In this document: positions 39,531-48,559 of the stretch, piece after piece
Numbering within the stretch: the first letter of the stretch is position 1
Layout: the number at the start of each line of letters is the position of its first letter
Source of the DNA: Patescibacteria group bacterium
GTDB taxonomy: Bacteria > Patescibacteriota > Patescibacteriia > 2-12-FULL-60-25
Length of the DNA stretch: 64,000 nt
Direction: 5' to 3'
NCBI GenBank assembly: GCA_018830865.1
Contig: JAHJRN010000002.1
Coordinates: 6,243 to 70,242 of the forward strand
Program-made: the position numbers and the translations under genes
Notes under the pieces: generated by a model
Told to the model about the DNA's origin: nothing
What the model saw: only the letters and a program-made list of their open reading frames with translations
The model's database searches: none

Positions 39531-39713
39531 CTCGGGGTCGTGGTAACGTCCTCGAGCCCTGAAATGGGGCATTTTACTCAGGCTTCGGCGTTGCCGGAGC
39601 AATCCCACATCCGTTGGCGGAATCCGTCGCTCCCTCCCGACATTTGTCCCTTCATGGGCTGGGTCGGGGCACGCGACGTTGGCCATCGGAGAGGTCTAAA
39701 AGGGTCACACCAT

Positions 39714-40472
39714 ATGCAGAAGATCCCGTCATTGGCCGAGCTGCTTCAAGCCGGAGCGCATTTCGGTCATCGAACGTCCAAGTGGCACCCCAAGATGAAG
39801 AAGTTCATCATGGGCAGCCGTCAGGGCATCCACATCATCGACCTCGAGGAGACGCGTAAGTCCCTCGAGTCCGCCCTCGCCTTCGCGAAGCAGGTCACGT
39901 CGCGGGGCGGTGTCGTGCTGTTCGTCGGCACGAAGAAACAGGCTTCCGACATCGTCGAGAAGGCCGCACTCGACGCCGGCATGCCGTACGTCAACCGGCG
40001 GTGGCTCGGCGGCACGCTGACCAACTTTGCGGTCATCACCGCCATGTTGCGTAAGTACAAGGACCTGAAGCGTAAGCAGGAGAAGGGCGAACTCGGCAAG
40101 TACACCAAGTACGAGCAGCTCAAGTTCGACGAGCAGATCAAACAACTCGACGATAAGGTCGGGGGTATTCAGGACCTCGCGCGTATTCCGGAGGCGGTGT
40201 TCATCATGGACATCAAGAAGGACAAGACTGCGCTCACCGAGGCCACGCGCCGCGGGGTCAAGATCATCGCGCTGTGCGACACGAACGTGAATCCGACGCA
40301 CATCGACTATCCCATCATGTCGAACGACGACGCCATCAAGACCATCGACATCATGGCGAATATCGTCGCCAAGGCATGCAAGGAAGGACGTGAGGAATGG
40401 GAAGCGGCTCGCGCGCGGCTCGGTAGCGTGCTTTCGAACGGCGGCGCCCAGAAGGCTCCGACGAACGTGTAA
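39714..40472 (+). CDS. rpsB: 30S ribosomal protein S2
   Basis: LLQAGAHFGHRTSKWHPKM; ATG 39714 chosen. Confidence 0.9.
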   Translation: MQKIPSLAELLQAGAHFGHRTSKWHPKMKKFIMGSRQGIHIIDLEETRKSLESALAFAKQVTSRGGVVLFVGTKKQASDIVEKAALDAGMPYVNRRWLGGTLTNFAVITAMLRKYKDLKRKQEKGELGKYTKYEQLKFDEQIKQLDDKVGGIQDLARIPEAVFIMDIKKDKTALTEATRRGVKIIALCDTNVNPTHIDYPIMSNDDAIKTIDIMANIVAKACKEGREEWEAARARLGSVLSNGGAQKAPTNV

Positions 40473-40504
40473 GGACGGACGACATACTCATCAATTTGAA
40501 CCTT

Positions 40505-41095
40505 ATGGCAGACGCAAAAATGGTCATGGAGCTCCGTAGCCAGACGGGTGCCGGCATCGTCGACGCGAAGGACGCGCTCGAGGAGGCGGGCGGCGACATG
40601 CAGAAGGCGATGGAGATCCTGAAGAAGAAGGGGGCCGCCAAGGCCGCCAAGAAGACGAGCGAGCGCACGACGTCGGAAGGCATCGTCGCCGCGTATATCC
40701 ATCACACCAAGAAGCTCGGCGCCATGGTCGAGGTCCAGAGCGAATCAGACTTCGTGGCGCGCAACGAGGAATTCCGTCAGTTCGCGGACGACATCGCCAT
40801 GCAGGTCGCGGCCATCGATCCGCTCTACGTTTCGCCCGAGACCATCCCGGCGGACGTGTTCGAGAAGCAACGTGAAATCTTCAAGGTGGAGATGGAAGGC
40901 GAGAACAAGCCGGACGAAATCAAGGAAAAGATCATCGAGGGCAAACTCGCGAAGTGGTTTTCCGAGGTGTGCCTCCTGAAGCAGCCATACTTCCGCGACG
41001 AGGACATGACCGTCGAGGAACTGCTGAACGAGAAGATCGCCAAGATCGGCGAGAAGATCGTCATCGCGCGTTTCGCGCGATACAACATGGGCTGA
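40505..41095 (+). CDS. tsf: elongation factor Ts (short form)
   Basis: MELRSQTGAGIVDAKDALEEAGGDMQKAMEILKKKG. Confidence 0.9.
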   Translation: MADAKMVMELRSQTGAGIVDAKDALEEAGGDMQKAMEILKKKGAAKAAKKTSERTTSEGIVAAYIHHTKKLGAMVEVQSESDFVARNEEFRQFADDIAMQVAAIDPLYVSPETIPADVFEKQREIFKVEMEGENKPDEIKEKIIEGKLAKWFSEVCLLKQPYFRDEDMTVEELLNEKIAKIGEKIVIARFARYNMG

Positions 41096-41115
41096 CGTCA
41101 CGCGCGTCGCTCCAC

Positions 41116-41139
41116 AAAAACGGCGGCGACGCCGTTTTT
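41116..41139 (+). terminator. intrinsic terminator after tsf
   Basis: aaaaacggcg-gcga-cgccgttttt. Confidence 0.8.
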
Positions 41140-41160
41140 GTGATATCATTTGACTCATAT

Positions 41161-42162
41161 ATGCCTCGCATCGCCATCAACGGGTTCGGCCGCATCGGCC
41201 GCAACACCTTTAAGGCCGGATTCGGCCACAAGGGCTTCGACGTCGTGGCCGTGAACGACCTCACGGACGCCGAGACGCTCGCACATCTCCTTGCGCACGA
41301 CACGACCTATCACGCGTGGGGCGTGAAGATCTCGAGCGACGGGACCAACCTCATCGTCGCGGGCAAGAAGATCCCGGTGCTCGCGGAGAAGGATCCGAAG
41401 CTCCTGCCATGGAAGAAGATGAAGGTGGACGTGGTGCTCGAGTGCACGGGGCGATTCACGAACAAGGAAGGCGCCTCTCAGCATCTCGCGGCCGGAGCGA
41501 AGCGCGTCATCATCTCGGCGCCGGCCAAGGGCGGTGGCGTGCCGACGGTCGTCATCGGCGTGAACGAGAAAGGGGTGGGCAAGACGTCGGACATCCTTTC
41601 GAACGCGAGCTGCACCACCAACTGCATCGCACCAGTCGCGGCGGTCATGCACGCGGCGTTCGGCGTGAAGAAGGCGATGATGACCACGGTCCATTCCTTC
41701 ACGGCGGATCAGGTGCTCCAGGATGGTCCGCATAAGGACCTGCGACGCGCGCGGTCCGCCGGGCAGAACATCATCCCGACGACGACCGGCGCGGCCATCG
41801 CGACGACCGAGACCATCCCGGAACTGAAGGGGCTGTTCGACGGCATCTCCATCCGCGTGCCGACGCCCTGCGTGTCCATCGCGGACTTCACGTTCCTGCT
41901 GAAACGCAAGACCACGCAGGACGAAGTAAACAAGGCGCTGCGCGCCGCGTCGAAGCAGAGACAATGGAAGGGCATCCTGGACGTGACGGATGAGTCGCTT
42001 GTCTCCAGCGATTTTGTCGGGAACCCGGCATCGTCCATCGTGGACCTGCCGTTCACCAAGGTTGTTGACGGCGACATGGTGAAGATCCTTGCCTGGTACG
42101 ACAACGAATGGGGCTATTCCTGCCGTCTGGCCGAGCTCGCGGTCCTAGTCGGCAAGAGATGA
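41161..42162 (+). CDS. gap: glyceraldehyde-3-phosphate dehydrogenase
   Basis: INGFGRIGRN, SNASCTTNC active site. Confidence 0.95.
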   Translation: MPRIAINGFGRIGRNTFKAGFGHKGFDVVAVNDLTDAETLAHLLAHDTTYHAWGVKISSDGTNLIVAGKKIPVLAEKDPKLLPWKKMKVDVVLECTGRFTNKEGASQHLAAGAKRVIISAPAKGGGVPTVVIGVNEKGVGKTSDILSNASCTTNCIAPVAAVMHAAFGVKKAMMTTVHSFTADQVLQDGPHKDLRRARSAGQNIIPTTTGAAIATTETIPELKGLFDGISIRVPTPCVSIADFTFLLKRKTTQDEVNKALRAASKQRQWKGILDVTDESLVSSDFVGNPASSIVDLPFTKVVDGDMVKILAWYDNEWGYSCRLAELAVLVGKR

Positions 42163-42163
42163 C

Positions 42164-43072
42164 ATGACCGACTGGCGGAAAGGCCGGAGCCTCGGCCTGG
42201 TGTACGACGTCCTGACGGCCGTGCTCGCGGGGTTCGGTGTCGTGGGCGCCGCCATGTCGTTTCGCGCGGGCGGGCTGTGGATGTCCGTCGGCATGCTGTT
42301 TGCACTCGGCGTCGGCCTCATCGTCTGGGGCGTGTTCATCGAGCCGCAGCGCCTCATCGTGCGGAGATATCGCGAGCCGCTCATGCTGGAGCCGAAGACA
42401 TGGGTCCGGCTTGTCTTCGTATCCGACATGCACGCGGGTCCGTTCCGTAATCGGCGCTGGTTCGAACGCGTCAGCCTCGAAGTCGCGTCGCTCGGCGCGG
42501 ACCTCGTCGTCTTCGGGGGTGATTTCGTCTCAGATCATGCCGAAGCTGTCGAGCAGGTCGTGTCCCTCGGCCGCGTCCATGGACGCCTCGGGACGTTTTT
42601 CGTGCTCGGGAACCATGACTATCAGGATGATCCGGTATCCATCCGGACAACCGTCGCTGGATGGGGAATCGCAGACCTGACGAATGGACATATCTCGGTC
42701 CAAAAGGACGGACGGACGCTCCAGATCTCCGGTATGGACGATTGCTGGTATGGGACGCCGGCGTCGCCGCCTACCCGCGTCTCGGCGACGCTTCCTCACA
42801 TCTCTATCGCACACGAGCCGGACATCGCGCTTGACGTGAAGGAAGGGGATACGGACCTCATCATCACGGGCCACACGCACGGCGGGCAAATCCGCCTACC
42901 GTTCCTCGGCGCGCTCGCGGGCATCCCGTCCCTGCTCGGCCGTCGCGTCGACCGCGGACGGAAGGTCGTGAACGGCGTTCCGCTCATCGTCTCGGAGGGA
43001 TTGGGGGAAGCGGATGTCCGCGCACGGCTCTTCTGTCCGCCGGAGGTGACGGTCGTCGATATCGGGATATAG
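42164..43072 (+). CDS. membrane-anchored metallophosphoesterase (YkuE-like)
   Basis: DMHAG, GDFV, GNHD, GHTHGGQ. Confidence 0.8.
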   Translation: MTDWRKGRSLGLVYDVLTAVLAGFGVVGAAMSFRAGGLWMSVGMLFALGVGLIVWGVFIEPQRLIVRRYREPLMLEPKTWVRLVFVSDMHAGPFRNRRWFERVSLEVASLGADLVVFGGDFVSDHAEAVEQVVSLGRVHGRLGTFFVLGNHDYQDDPVSIRTTVAGWGIADLTNGHISVQKDGRTLQISGMDDCWYGTPASPPTRVSATLPHISIAHEPDIALDVKEGDTDLIITGHTHGGQIRLPFLGALAGIPSLLGRRVDRGRKVVNGVPLIVSEGLGEADVRARLFCPPEVTVVDIGI

Positions 43073-43104
43073 CCCCGTCCGAGAGAGCGTCACCTCGTCC
43101 GTCG

Positions 43105-43113
43105 TGATATCAT
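43105..43113 (+). promoter_or_regulatory. extended -10 TGaTATCAT, 6 nt before the pgk ATG (leaderless-type)
   Basis: cgtcgTGaTATCATtggggcATG. Confidence 0.45.
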
Positions 43114-43119
43114 TGGGGC

Positions 43120-44367
43120 ATGAAACTCCGTACCCTGTCCGCCGCGACGCATCTCAAAGGCGTGCGCGTGCTCATTCGCGTAGATTGGAATGTCCCCATC
43201 GAGGGATCATACGTCGGCGAGAAGGGGTTGAAGCTCGAACGTACCTTCGGGACCATTCGAGATCTCGAGCGCCGCGGGGCTGTCGTCGTCGTGATGACGC
43301 ACCTCGGACGGCCGAAGCGCCGCGATCCGAAAATCTCGACCGAACGTCTCGCGCAGGCGGCGCGGCGCATGTCAGGCGTCCCGTTCAGGTTTTGCGGCGA
43401 AGCTATTGATACGAAGGAAGGTCTCGCCAAAGCGGACGCCCTCATCCGGGCCGCTAAGCCGGGGACGGTCTTCCTGCTCGAGAACGTGCGGTTCCTGAAG
43501 GGCGAGGAGACGAACGCCGCACCTGTCGCGAAGGCGCTTGCATCGCTCGTAGACATTTTCATCAACGACGCGTTCGCCTCGTCGCACCGATCGCACGCCT
43601 CCGTCGTCGGCGTTGCCAAGCTCCTGCCGTCGTATGCCGGCCCCGAGCTCGTCGACGAGGTCTCCGCTCTCACACATCTCCTCGAGAAGCCAAAGCATCC
43701 CTATGTCGCGGTCGTCGGCGGCGCGAAGCTCTCGACCAAGCTCGGCGTCATCGCCGCGCTCCTCAAGGTCGCTGACCGGGTCCTCATCGGCGGTGCCATG
43801 GCGCATCCGTTCTATCTCGCGAAACGCCTGTCCATCGGCAAATCCTACGTCGAGAAGGACGGCGTCCCGCTTGCTCGGAAGCTCCTGAAGGATCCGAAAC
43901 TCGCGTTGCCGACCGACGCGGTCGTCGCGCCGAAACTTGATCCGAAGAAGGTCCGCGTCGCCTTCATCGACGACATCAAGGCGTCGGAAGTCATCGGGGA
44001 TATCGGGACCGAGACCATGATGACGTGGTCCGCATGGCTCAAGAAGGCCAAGACCATCGCATGGAACGGGCCGGTCGGCGTGGCGGAGATCCCGACGTTT
44101 TCGCATGGATCGCTCGTGCTCGCGCGGACCATCGCGTCGCGCAGCAAGGGCGAGTGCTACGGTGTGGTCGGTGGCGGCGACACCCTGCCCATCGTCGCGC
44201 GGAGCGGTATGGCAGAATGGATGGACCACATTTCCACGGGCGGCGGCGCCATGCTCGAGTTCATCTCGAATAATGGAGACCTGCCAGGACTTCGGGTCCT
44301 TCAGGCGAAGGTACCCGCGACACGGAAACCGAAGAAAACGTCTAAGAAGAAGACGAAACGGGAATAA
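43120..44367 (+). CDS. pgk: phosphoglycerate kinase
   Basis: VRVLIRVDWNVP, FLLENVRF, typical length. Confidence 0.95.
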   Translation: MKLRTLSAATHLKGVRVLIRVDWNVPIEGSYVGEKGLKLERTFGTIRDLERRGAVVVVMTHLGRPKRRDPKISTERLAQAARRMSGVPFRFCGEAIDTKEGLAKADALIRAAKPGTVFLLENVRFLKGEETNAAPVAKALASLVDIFINDAFASSHRSHASVVGVAKLLPSYAGPELVDEVSALTHLLEKPKHPYVAVVGGAKLSTKLGVIAALLKVADRVLIGGAMAHPFYLAKRLSIGKSYVEKDGVPLARKLLKDPKLALPTDAVVAPKLDPKKVRVAFIDDIKASEVIGDIGTETMMTWSAWLKKAKTIAWNGPVGVAEIPTFSHGSLVLARTIASRSKGECYGVVGGGDTLPIVARSGMAEWMDHISTGGGAMLEFISNNGDLPGLRVLQAKVPATRKPKKTSKKKTKRE

Positions 44368-44372
44368 ACGAT

Positions 44373-44666
44373 ATGAAGGAACGAAAACCCGGAGAGACGG
44401 CGCAGGATGCCGGATTACGGCTCATGGTCATGAAGAAGACCCTCGAGCTCATGACGGCCGCGTTTTCGCTCGTGGCCGCGCTCGCATGGAACGATGCCAT
44501 CCAGGCGCTGTTCCAATGGATCTTCGGTCCGCAGAGCAACGTGGCCGCAAAGTTTTTCTACGCCATCCTCGTGACAGCGATCATCGTCTGGATCGGATTC
44601 CGGCTCGCACGTGTCACGAACCTTATCGAGAAGCGATACGGCGCGAAGCATGAGATGGACAGCTGA
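44373..44666 (+). CDS. small hypothetical membrane protein
   Basis: LVAALAWNDAIQALF segment plus a C-terminal TM segment. Confidence 0.55.
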   Translation: MKERKPGETAQDAGLRLMVMKKTLELMTAAFSLVAALAWNDAIQALFQWIFGPQSNVAAKFFYAILVTAIIVWIGFRLARVTNLIEKRYGAKHEMDS

Positions 44667-44715
44667 TGTCGTGACGACGGACCGTCGACGTTTTTTGTGA
44701 TACACTTGACGCAGT

Positions 44716-45984
44716 ATGTTGTTCGCACCAAAAATCTCACACGTCATCGCACGTGAAATCTTGGATTCGCGCGGGAATCCGACGGTCGCATGCCGCGTCA
44801 TCCTTGCATCCGGTGCCTCGGCGGAGGCTAAGGTCCCGTCCGGCGCATCCACCGGGTCGCATGAGGCGTTGGAGCTGCGTGACGGCGGGAAGCGCTTTGG
44901 CGGCAAAGGCGTCCGCAAGGCCGTCCGTAACGTGAACGAGAAGATCGGTCACGCGATCCGCGGCATGGATGCCCGCAAACAGAAGGATATCGATCGCATC
45001 ATGCGTGAGCTGGACGGTACGGAGAATTTTGCCACGTTTGGGGCGAACGCGACGCTCGCCGTTTCCCTCGCGGTCGCGCAAGCGCTCGCGATGCATCAGC
45101 GGATGCCACTTTGGCGTTCGCTTCGGCATACGTATCGCTTCGAGAGGCACGCGGCGTTACCTATTCCCATGATGAACGTGCTGAACGGAGGCGCACATGC
45201 GGATTGGTCCCTCGACGTGCAGGAATGCATGATTCTTCCGCGGCAGCGGTCGTTCGCGGAGCGTGTTCGTGCGGGAACTGAGGTGTTCCATACGCTGGCG
45301 AAGCTCCTGAAGGCACGTGGGTTCGCGACGACGGTCGGGGACGAAGGCGGGTTCGCGCCGAAGCTCACGAACGTCGAGGAGGCGTTCGACCTACTCGTCG
45401 AGGCCATCAAAGCAGCCGGCTACAAGCCTGGAAAGGACATCGCGCTCGCGACCGACGTGGCGGCCAGCGAATTCTATGCGTCGAAGGCGAAACTCTATCG
45501 GTTCAAGGCAGAGAAGCGCGACTTTACGGCGCCGGAGCTCCTCAAGCGGTATGAGGCATGGCAGGCGGCTTATCCCCTAATGTCCATCGAGGATCCGTTC
45601 GCCGAAGACGACTGGAAGGCATGGCAGGTGTGCGTCCCTGCGCTCAAGAAGAAATCCCTCATCGTGGGCGACGATTTCTTCGTGACGAACGTGAAGCGGC
45701 TCGAGCGCGGCATCCGCGAGAAGGCGGCGACCGCCATCCTCATCAAGCCCAATCAGATTGGGACGCTGACCGATACCGTGAGCGCCATCCGGATGGCACA
45801 GGACGCGGGATTCGCCGTCATCATCTCGCATCGTTCCGGCGAAACCTCGGACACGACCATCGCGGACCTCGCGGTCGCGAGCGGTGCTGAGCATATCAAG
45901 ACCGGATCGCTGTCGCGATCCGAGCGCGTCGAAAAATACAATCGCCTCATGGCGATCGAACAGGAATTTCTGCACCGGAGCTAG
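44716..45984 (+). CDS. eno: enolase
   Basis: AREILDSRGNPTV, SHRSGETSDTTIADLAV. Confidence 0.95.
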   Translation: MLFAPKISHVIAREILDSRGNPTVACRVILASGASAEAKVPSGASTGSHEALELRDGGKRFGGKGVRKAVRNVNEKIGHAIRGMDARKQKDIDRIMRELDGTENFATFGANATLAVSLAVAQALAMHQRMPLWRSLRHTYRFERHAALPIPMMNVLNGGAHADWSLDVQECMILPRQRSFAERVRAGTEVFHTLAKLLKARGFATTVGDEGGFAPKLTNVEEAFDLLVEAIKAAGYKPGKDIALATDVAASEFYASKAKLYRFKAEKRDFTAPELLKRYEAWQAAYPLMSIEDPFAEDDWKAWQVCVPALKKKSLIVGDDFFVTNVKRLERGIREKAATAILIKPNQIGTLTDTVSAIRMAQDAGFAVIISHRSGETSDTTIADLAVASGAEHIKTGSLSRSERVEKYNRLMAIEQEFLHRS

Positions 45985-46148
45985 CGTCCGTTGAGGTTTT
46001 TTCGGATGTTTTCCGTCTTGCGGCGGTCGATGTCCTCGACGGTTTTCTTGACGGTTTTCTTGTGGCGCGTGACGATGGAACGGACACGGCTCCGGTACGC
46101 CTGAAGGATATTCCTCATGTTCGAAATCTGATCCGCAGACGGGGGCAT
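45981..46148 (-). CDS. possible small basic protein (55 aa, below the ORF-track cutoff)
   Basis: MPPSADQISNMRNILQAYRSRVRSIVTRHKKTVKKTVEDIDRRKTENIRKNLNGR; TATACT 8 nt upstream of the ATG; fills an otherwise empty 226-bp gap. Confidence 0.3.
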   Translation of the reverse strand: MPPSADQISNMRNILQAYRSRVRSIVTRHKKTVKKTVEDIDRRKTENIRKNLNGR

Positions 46149-46174
46149 ATGGACAAAGTATAGGCCATGGGGCC

Positions 46175-46203
46175 TTGAAGGGATAGGTGTCCCGTGGTAG
46201 CGT
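46175..46203 (+). promoter_or_regulatory. promoter TTGAAG-17-TAGCGT with TGn extension; the -10 ends 7 nt before the miaB ATG
   Basis: TTGAAGggataggtgtcccgTGgTAGCGTcccgggcATG. Confidence 0.5.
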
Positions 46204-46210
46204 CCCGGGC

Positions 46211-47566
46211 ATGTTCAGCGATGCCGTGCCGAAATATCGACTTCTCGTCTTCGGGTGCCAGATGAACAAGAACGATGCTGAGCGCATCTCACGCCTCCTG
46301 TCGGACATGGGGCTCGCATCCACGGAGGACGAGACGGAGGCGGACGTCATCGTGATGGTCACATGCTCGGTGCGACAAAGCGCGGAAGAACGCATCTACG
46401 GCAAGATGGAGGACCTGATCGATCTCAAGAAGCGGAACCCACGTCTTCTTGTCGGCGTGACAGGATGCATGGCCGGACGTGATCGCGACGGTGCCATCCG
46501 GAAACGGCTTGCGGCCGTCGATTTCTTTTTCCCCACGGCGGAGATGGGGAAGCTTTCGGGATGGATTGCGGAGCGGTGGGGGCTTCCGACGCCAGTCGGG
46601 ACACCGGATTCGTCCGGACAAGCCTATCTCGACGTCGAACCGCTGCGCCCCCCGTCGATAGCGTCGGCCTTCGTGACGATTCAGACCGGATGCGACAAGT
46701 ATTGTGCCTATTGCGTGGTTCCATATGCGCGCGGACGCGAGACAAACCGACCGGTCGCGGCCATCCTTGATGAAGTACGTTCCTGTGTGGATCGCGGTAT
46801 CGTCGAAGTCGTGCTCCTCGGGCAGAGCGTGAATTCGTACCGCGCGCCGGATGCCGAGACGTTTTCGAAGAACAATCCGTATGCCGATTCATTTGCGGCG
46901 CTGCTGTGGGAAACGGACAGCCTTCCCGGCATTCGGCGCGTCCATTGGACCGCGGCACATCCCGTTTCCATGTCCGATGAGGTCATCGACGCGCTCGGCC
47001 TTTCGCATCAGGTGAACTATCTCCATCTTCCGGTGCAGTCCGGGTCGGATGAGGTCCTGCGCCGCATGAACCGCAAGTACACGCGACAAGGGTTCCTCGA
47101 CATCATCGAGGCCGTGAAGCATCGACGTCCTGGTATCGCACTTGGGACCGATTTCATCGTCGGATTCCCGGGCGAGACCGATGCGCAGTTCGAGGAGACG
47201 TTGTCGCTCTATGTCGAGGCGGATTTTGATATCGCGTATCCTGCGGAATACAGTCAGCGGACCGGGACGCTCGCGGCGCGTCTCTATCCGGACGACATCC
47301 CGGCGGACGTGAAGCGCGGCCGTCGTCTTGCGGTCCAAGATCTGATGGAGCGGACGACCTTGCGTAAGAACCGGGCGACGGTCGGCACCACGGTCGAGGT
47401 TCTCGTCGCGTCGGTCGACGGAGGGGAAGCAGTCGGCACGTCGTCGGAACAGAAGGTATGTCGGTTTCCGTGCGATGACCCATCGTATATCGGTCGCATC
47501 GTTCCGATTCGCATCAATACGGCCCAAACATGGCAATGTCACGGGAATATGCTACGCTCATCTTGA
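46211..47566 (+). CDS. miaB: tRNA-i6A37 methylthiotransferase (radical SAM)
   Basis: CDKYCAYC radical-SAM cluster motif, UPF0004 N domain, TRAM-like C-terminus. Confidence 0.9.
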   Translation: MFSDAVPKYRLLVFGCQMNKNDAERISRLLSDMGLASTEDETEADVIVMVTCSVRQSAEERIYGKMEDLIDLKKRNPRLLVGVTGCMAGRDRDGAIRKRLAAVDFFFPTAEMGKLSGWIAERWGLPTPVGTPDSSGQAYLDVEPLRPPSIASAFVTIQTGCDKYCAYCVVPYARGRETNRPVAAILDEVRSCVDRGIVEVVLLGQSVNSYRAPDAETFSKNNPYADSFAALLWETDSLPGIRRVHWTAAHPVSMSDEVIDALGLSHQVNYLHLPVQSGSDEVLRRMNRKYTRQGFLDIIEAVKHRRPGIALGTDFIVGFPGETDAQFEETLSLYVEADFDIAYPAEYSQRTGTLAARLYPDDIPADVKRGRRLAVQDLMERTTLRKNRATVGTTVEVLVASVDGGEAVGTSSEQKVCRFPCDDPSYIGRIVPIRINTAQTWQCHGNMLRSS

Positions 47567-47578
47567 AGGTCATTCGGT

Positions 47579-48559
47579 ATGCCGAAAGCACGGAACCATC
47601 GGCCATCGACCCGACACCGTCTCCCGCGTGTGGTCTGTGTCGTCGGGCCGACCGCCTCGGGCAAGACGGAGCTTGCCATCCGAATCGCCAAGACCCTGCG
47701 GGGCGAATGCATCAACGCGGATGCGAGACAGGGGTATACGGATTTCAGTATCGGCACCGGGAAACCGGAGGGCACGCGCGGCACCTATCGGGGCCAGCGC
47801 GCCTTTCTCGTGGACGGCGTCCCGCATTACCTGATGGATTTCCTTCCGCCGATGAAGGCCATCACGGCGGCGGAGTGGAAGACTATGGCGTTGACGGCGG
47901 TGAAGGGCATTTCGAAGCGTGACCATCTGCCGATCGTCGTCGGAGGCACGGGCCTCTATGTCAAGGCGCTCGTGGACAACTATACGTTCCCGATGGTCGA
48001 GCCGAAGCCGCATCTCCGCGCCGCGTTCGAGCGTAAGCCGCTTAAGACGCTCGTCGCGTTGTTGCTTAAGCTGGATCCGGATGCGGTCGCGGTCGTGGAC
48101 CTCAAGAATCCGCGTCGCGTCATCCGGGCGCTTGAGGTCGCGACGTTCACGGGGAAGCCGTTCACGGCACAACGCGGCATCGGCAAGCCGGTGGTCGAGG
48201 CGTTTCAGGTCGCGCGCGTCTTCTCGCGGCAGGAGTTGTTCCGTCGCATCGACGCGACCATCGAGGACATGATCGAGCGTGGATGGATCGACGAGATTCG
48301 TGAGATATTACGTAAGGGCGTGGCGAACGAGGCACCGGCCATGACATCTATCGGCTATCGTCAGCTCGTGCAGTACATCAAAGGCGAGAAGCCGCTCGAG
48401 AAAGCCATCGCGGAATGCAAAACCGCGGTGCATGACTATGCCCGCAGGCAGGAGACCTGGTTCAAACGCGACCCGCGTATTCATTGGGCCACGGACGAGA
48501 AGGATGCGATGAAGATGGTGAAGGAATGGATTACGGACGGGGAGCAATCAGTCTCCTAG
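47579..48559 (+). CDS. miaA: tRNA dimethylallyltransferase
   Basis: VVCVVGPTASGKTELAI P-loop. Confidence 0.9.
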   Translation: MPKARNHRPSTRHRLPRVVCVVGPTASGKTELAIRIAKTLRGECINADARQGYTDFSIGTGKPEGTRGTYRGQRAFLVDGVPHYLMDFLPPMKAITAAEWKTMALTAVKGISKRDHLPIVVGGTGLYVKALVDNYTFPMVEPKPHLRAAFERKPLKTLVALLLKLDPDAVAVVDLKNPRRVIRALEVATFTGKPFTAQRGIGKPVVEAFQVARVFSRQELFRRIDATIEDMIERGWIDEIREILRKGVANEAPAMTSIGYRQLVQYIKGEKPLEKAIAECKTAVHDYARRQETWFKRDPRIHWATDEKDAMKMVKEWITDGEQSVS

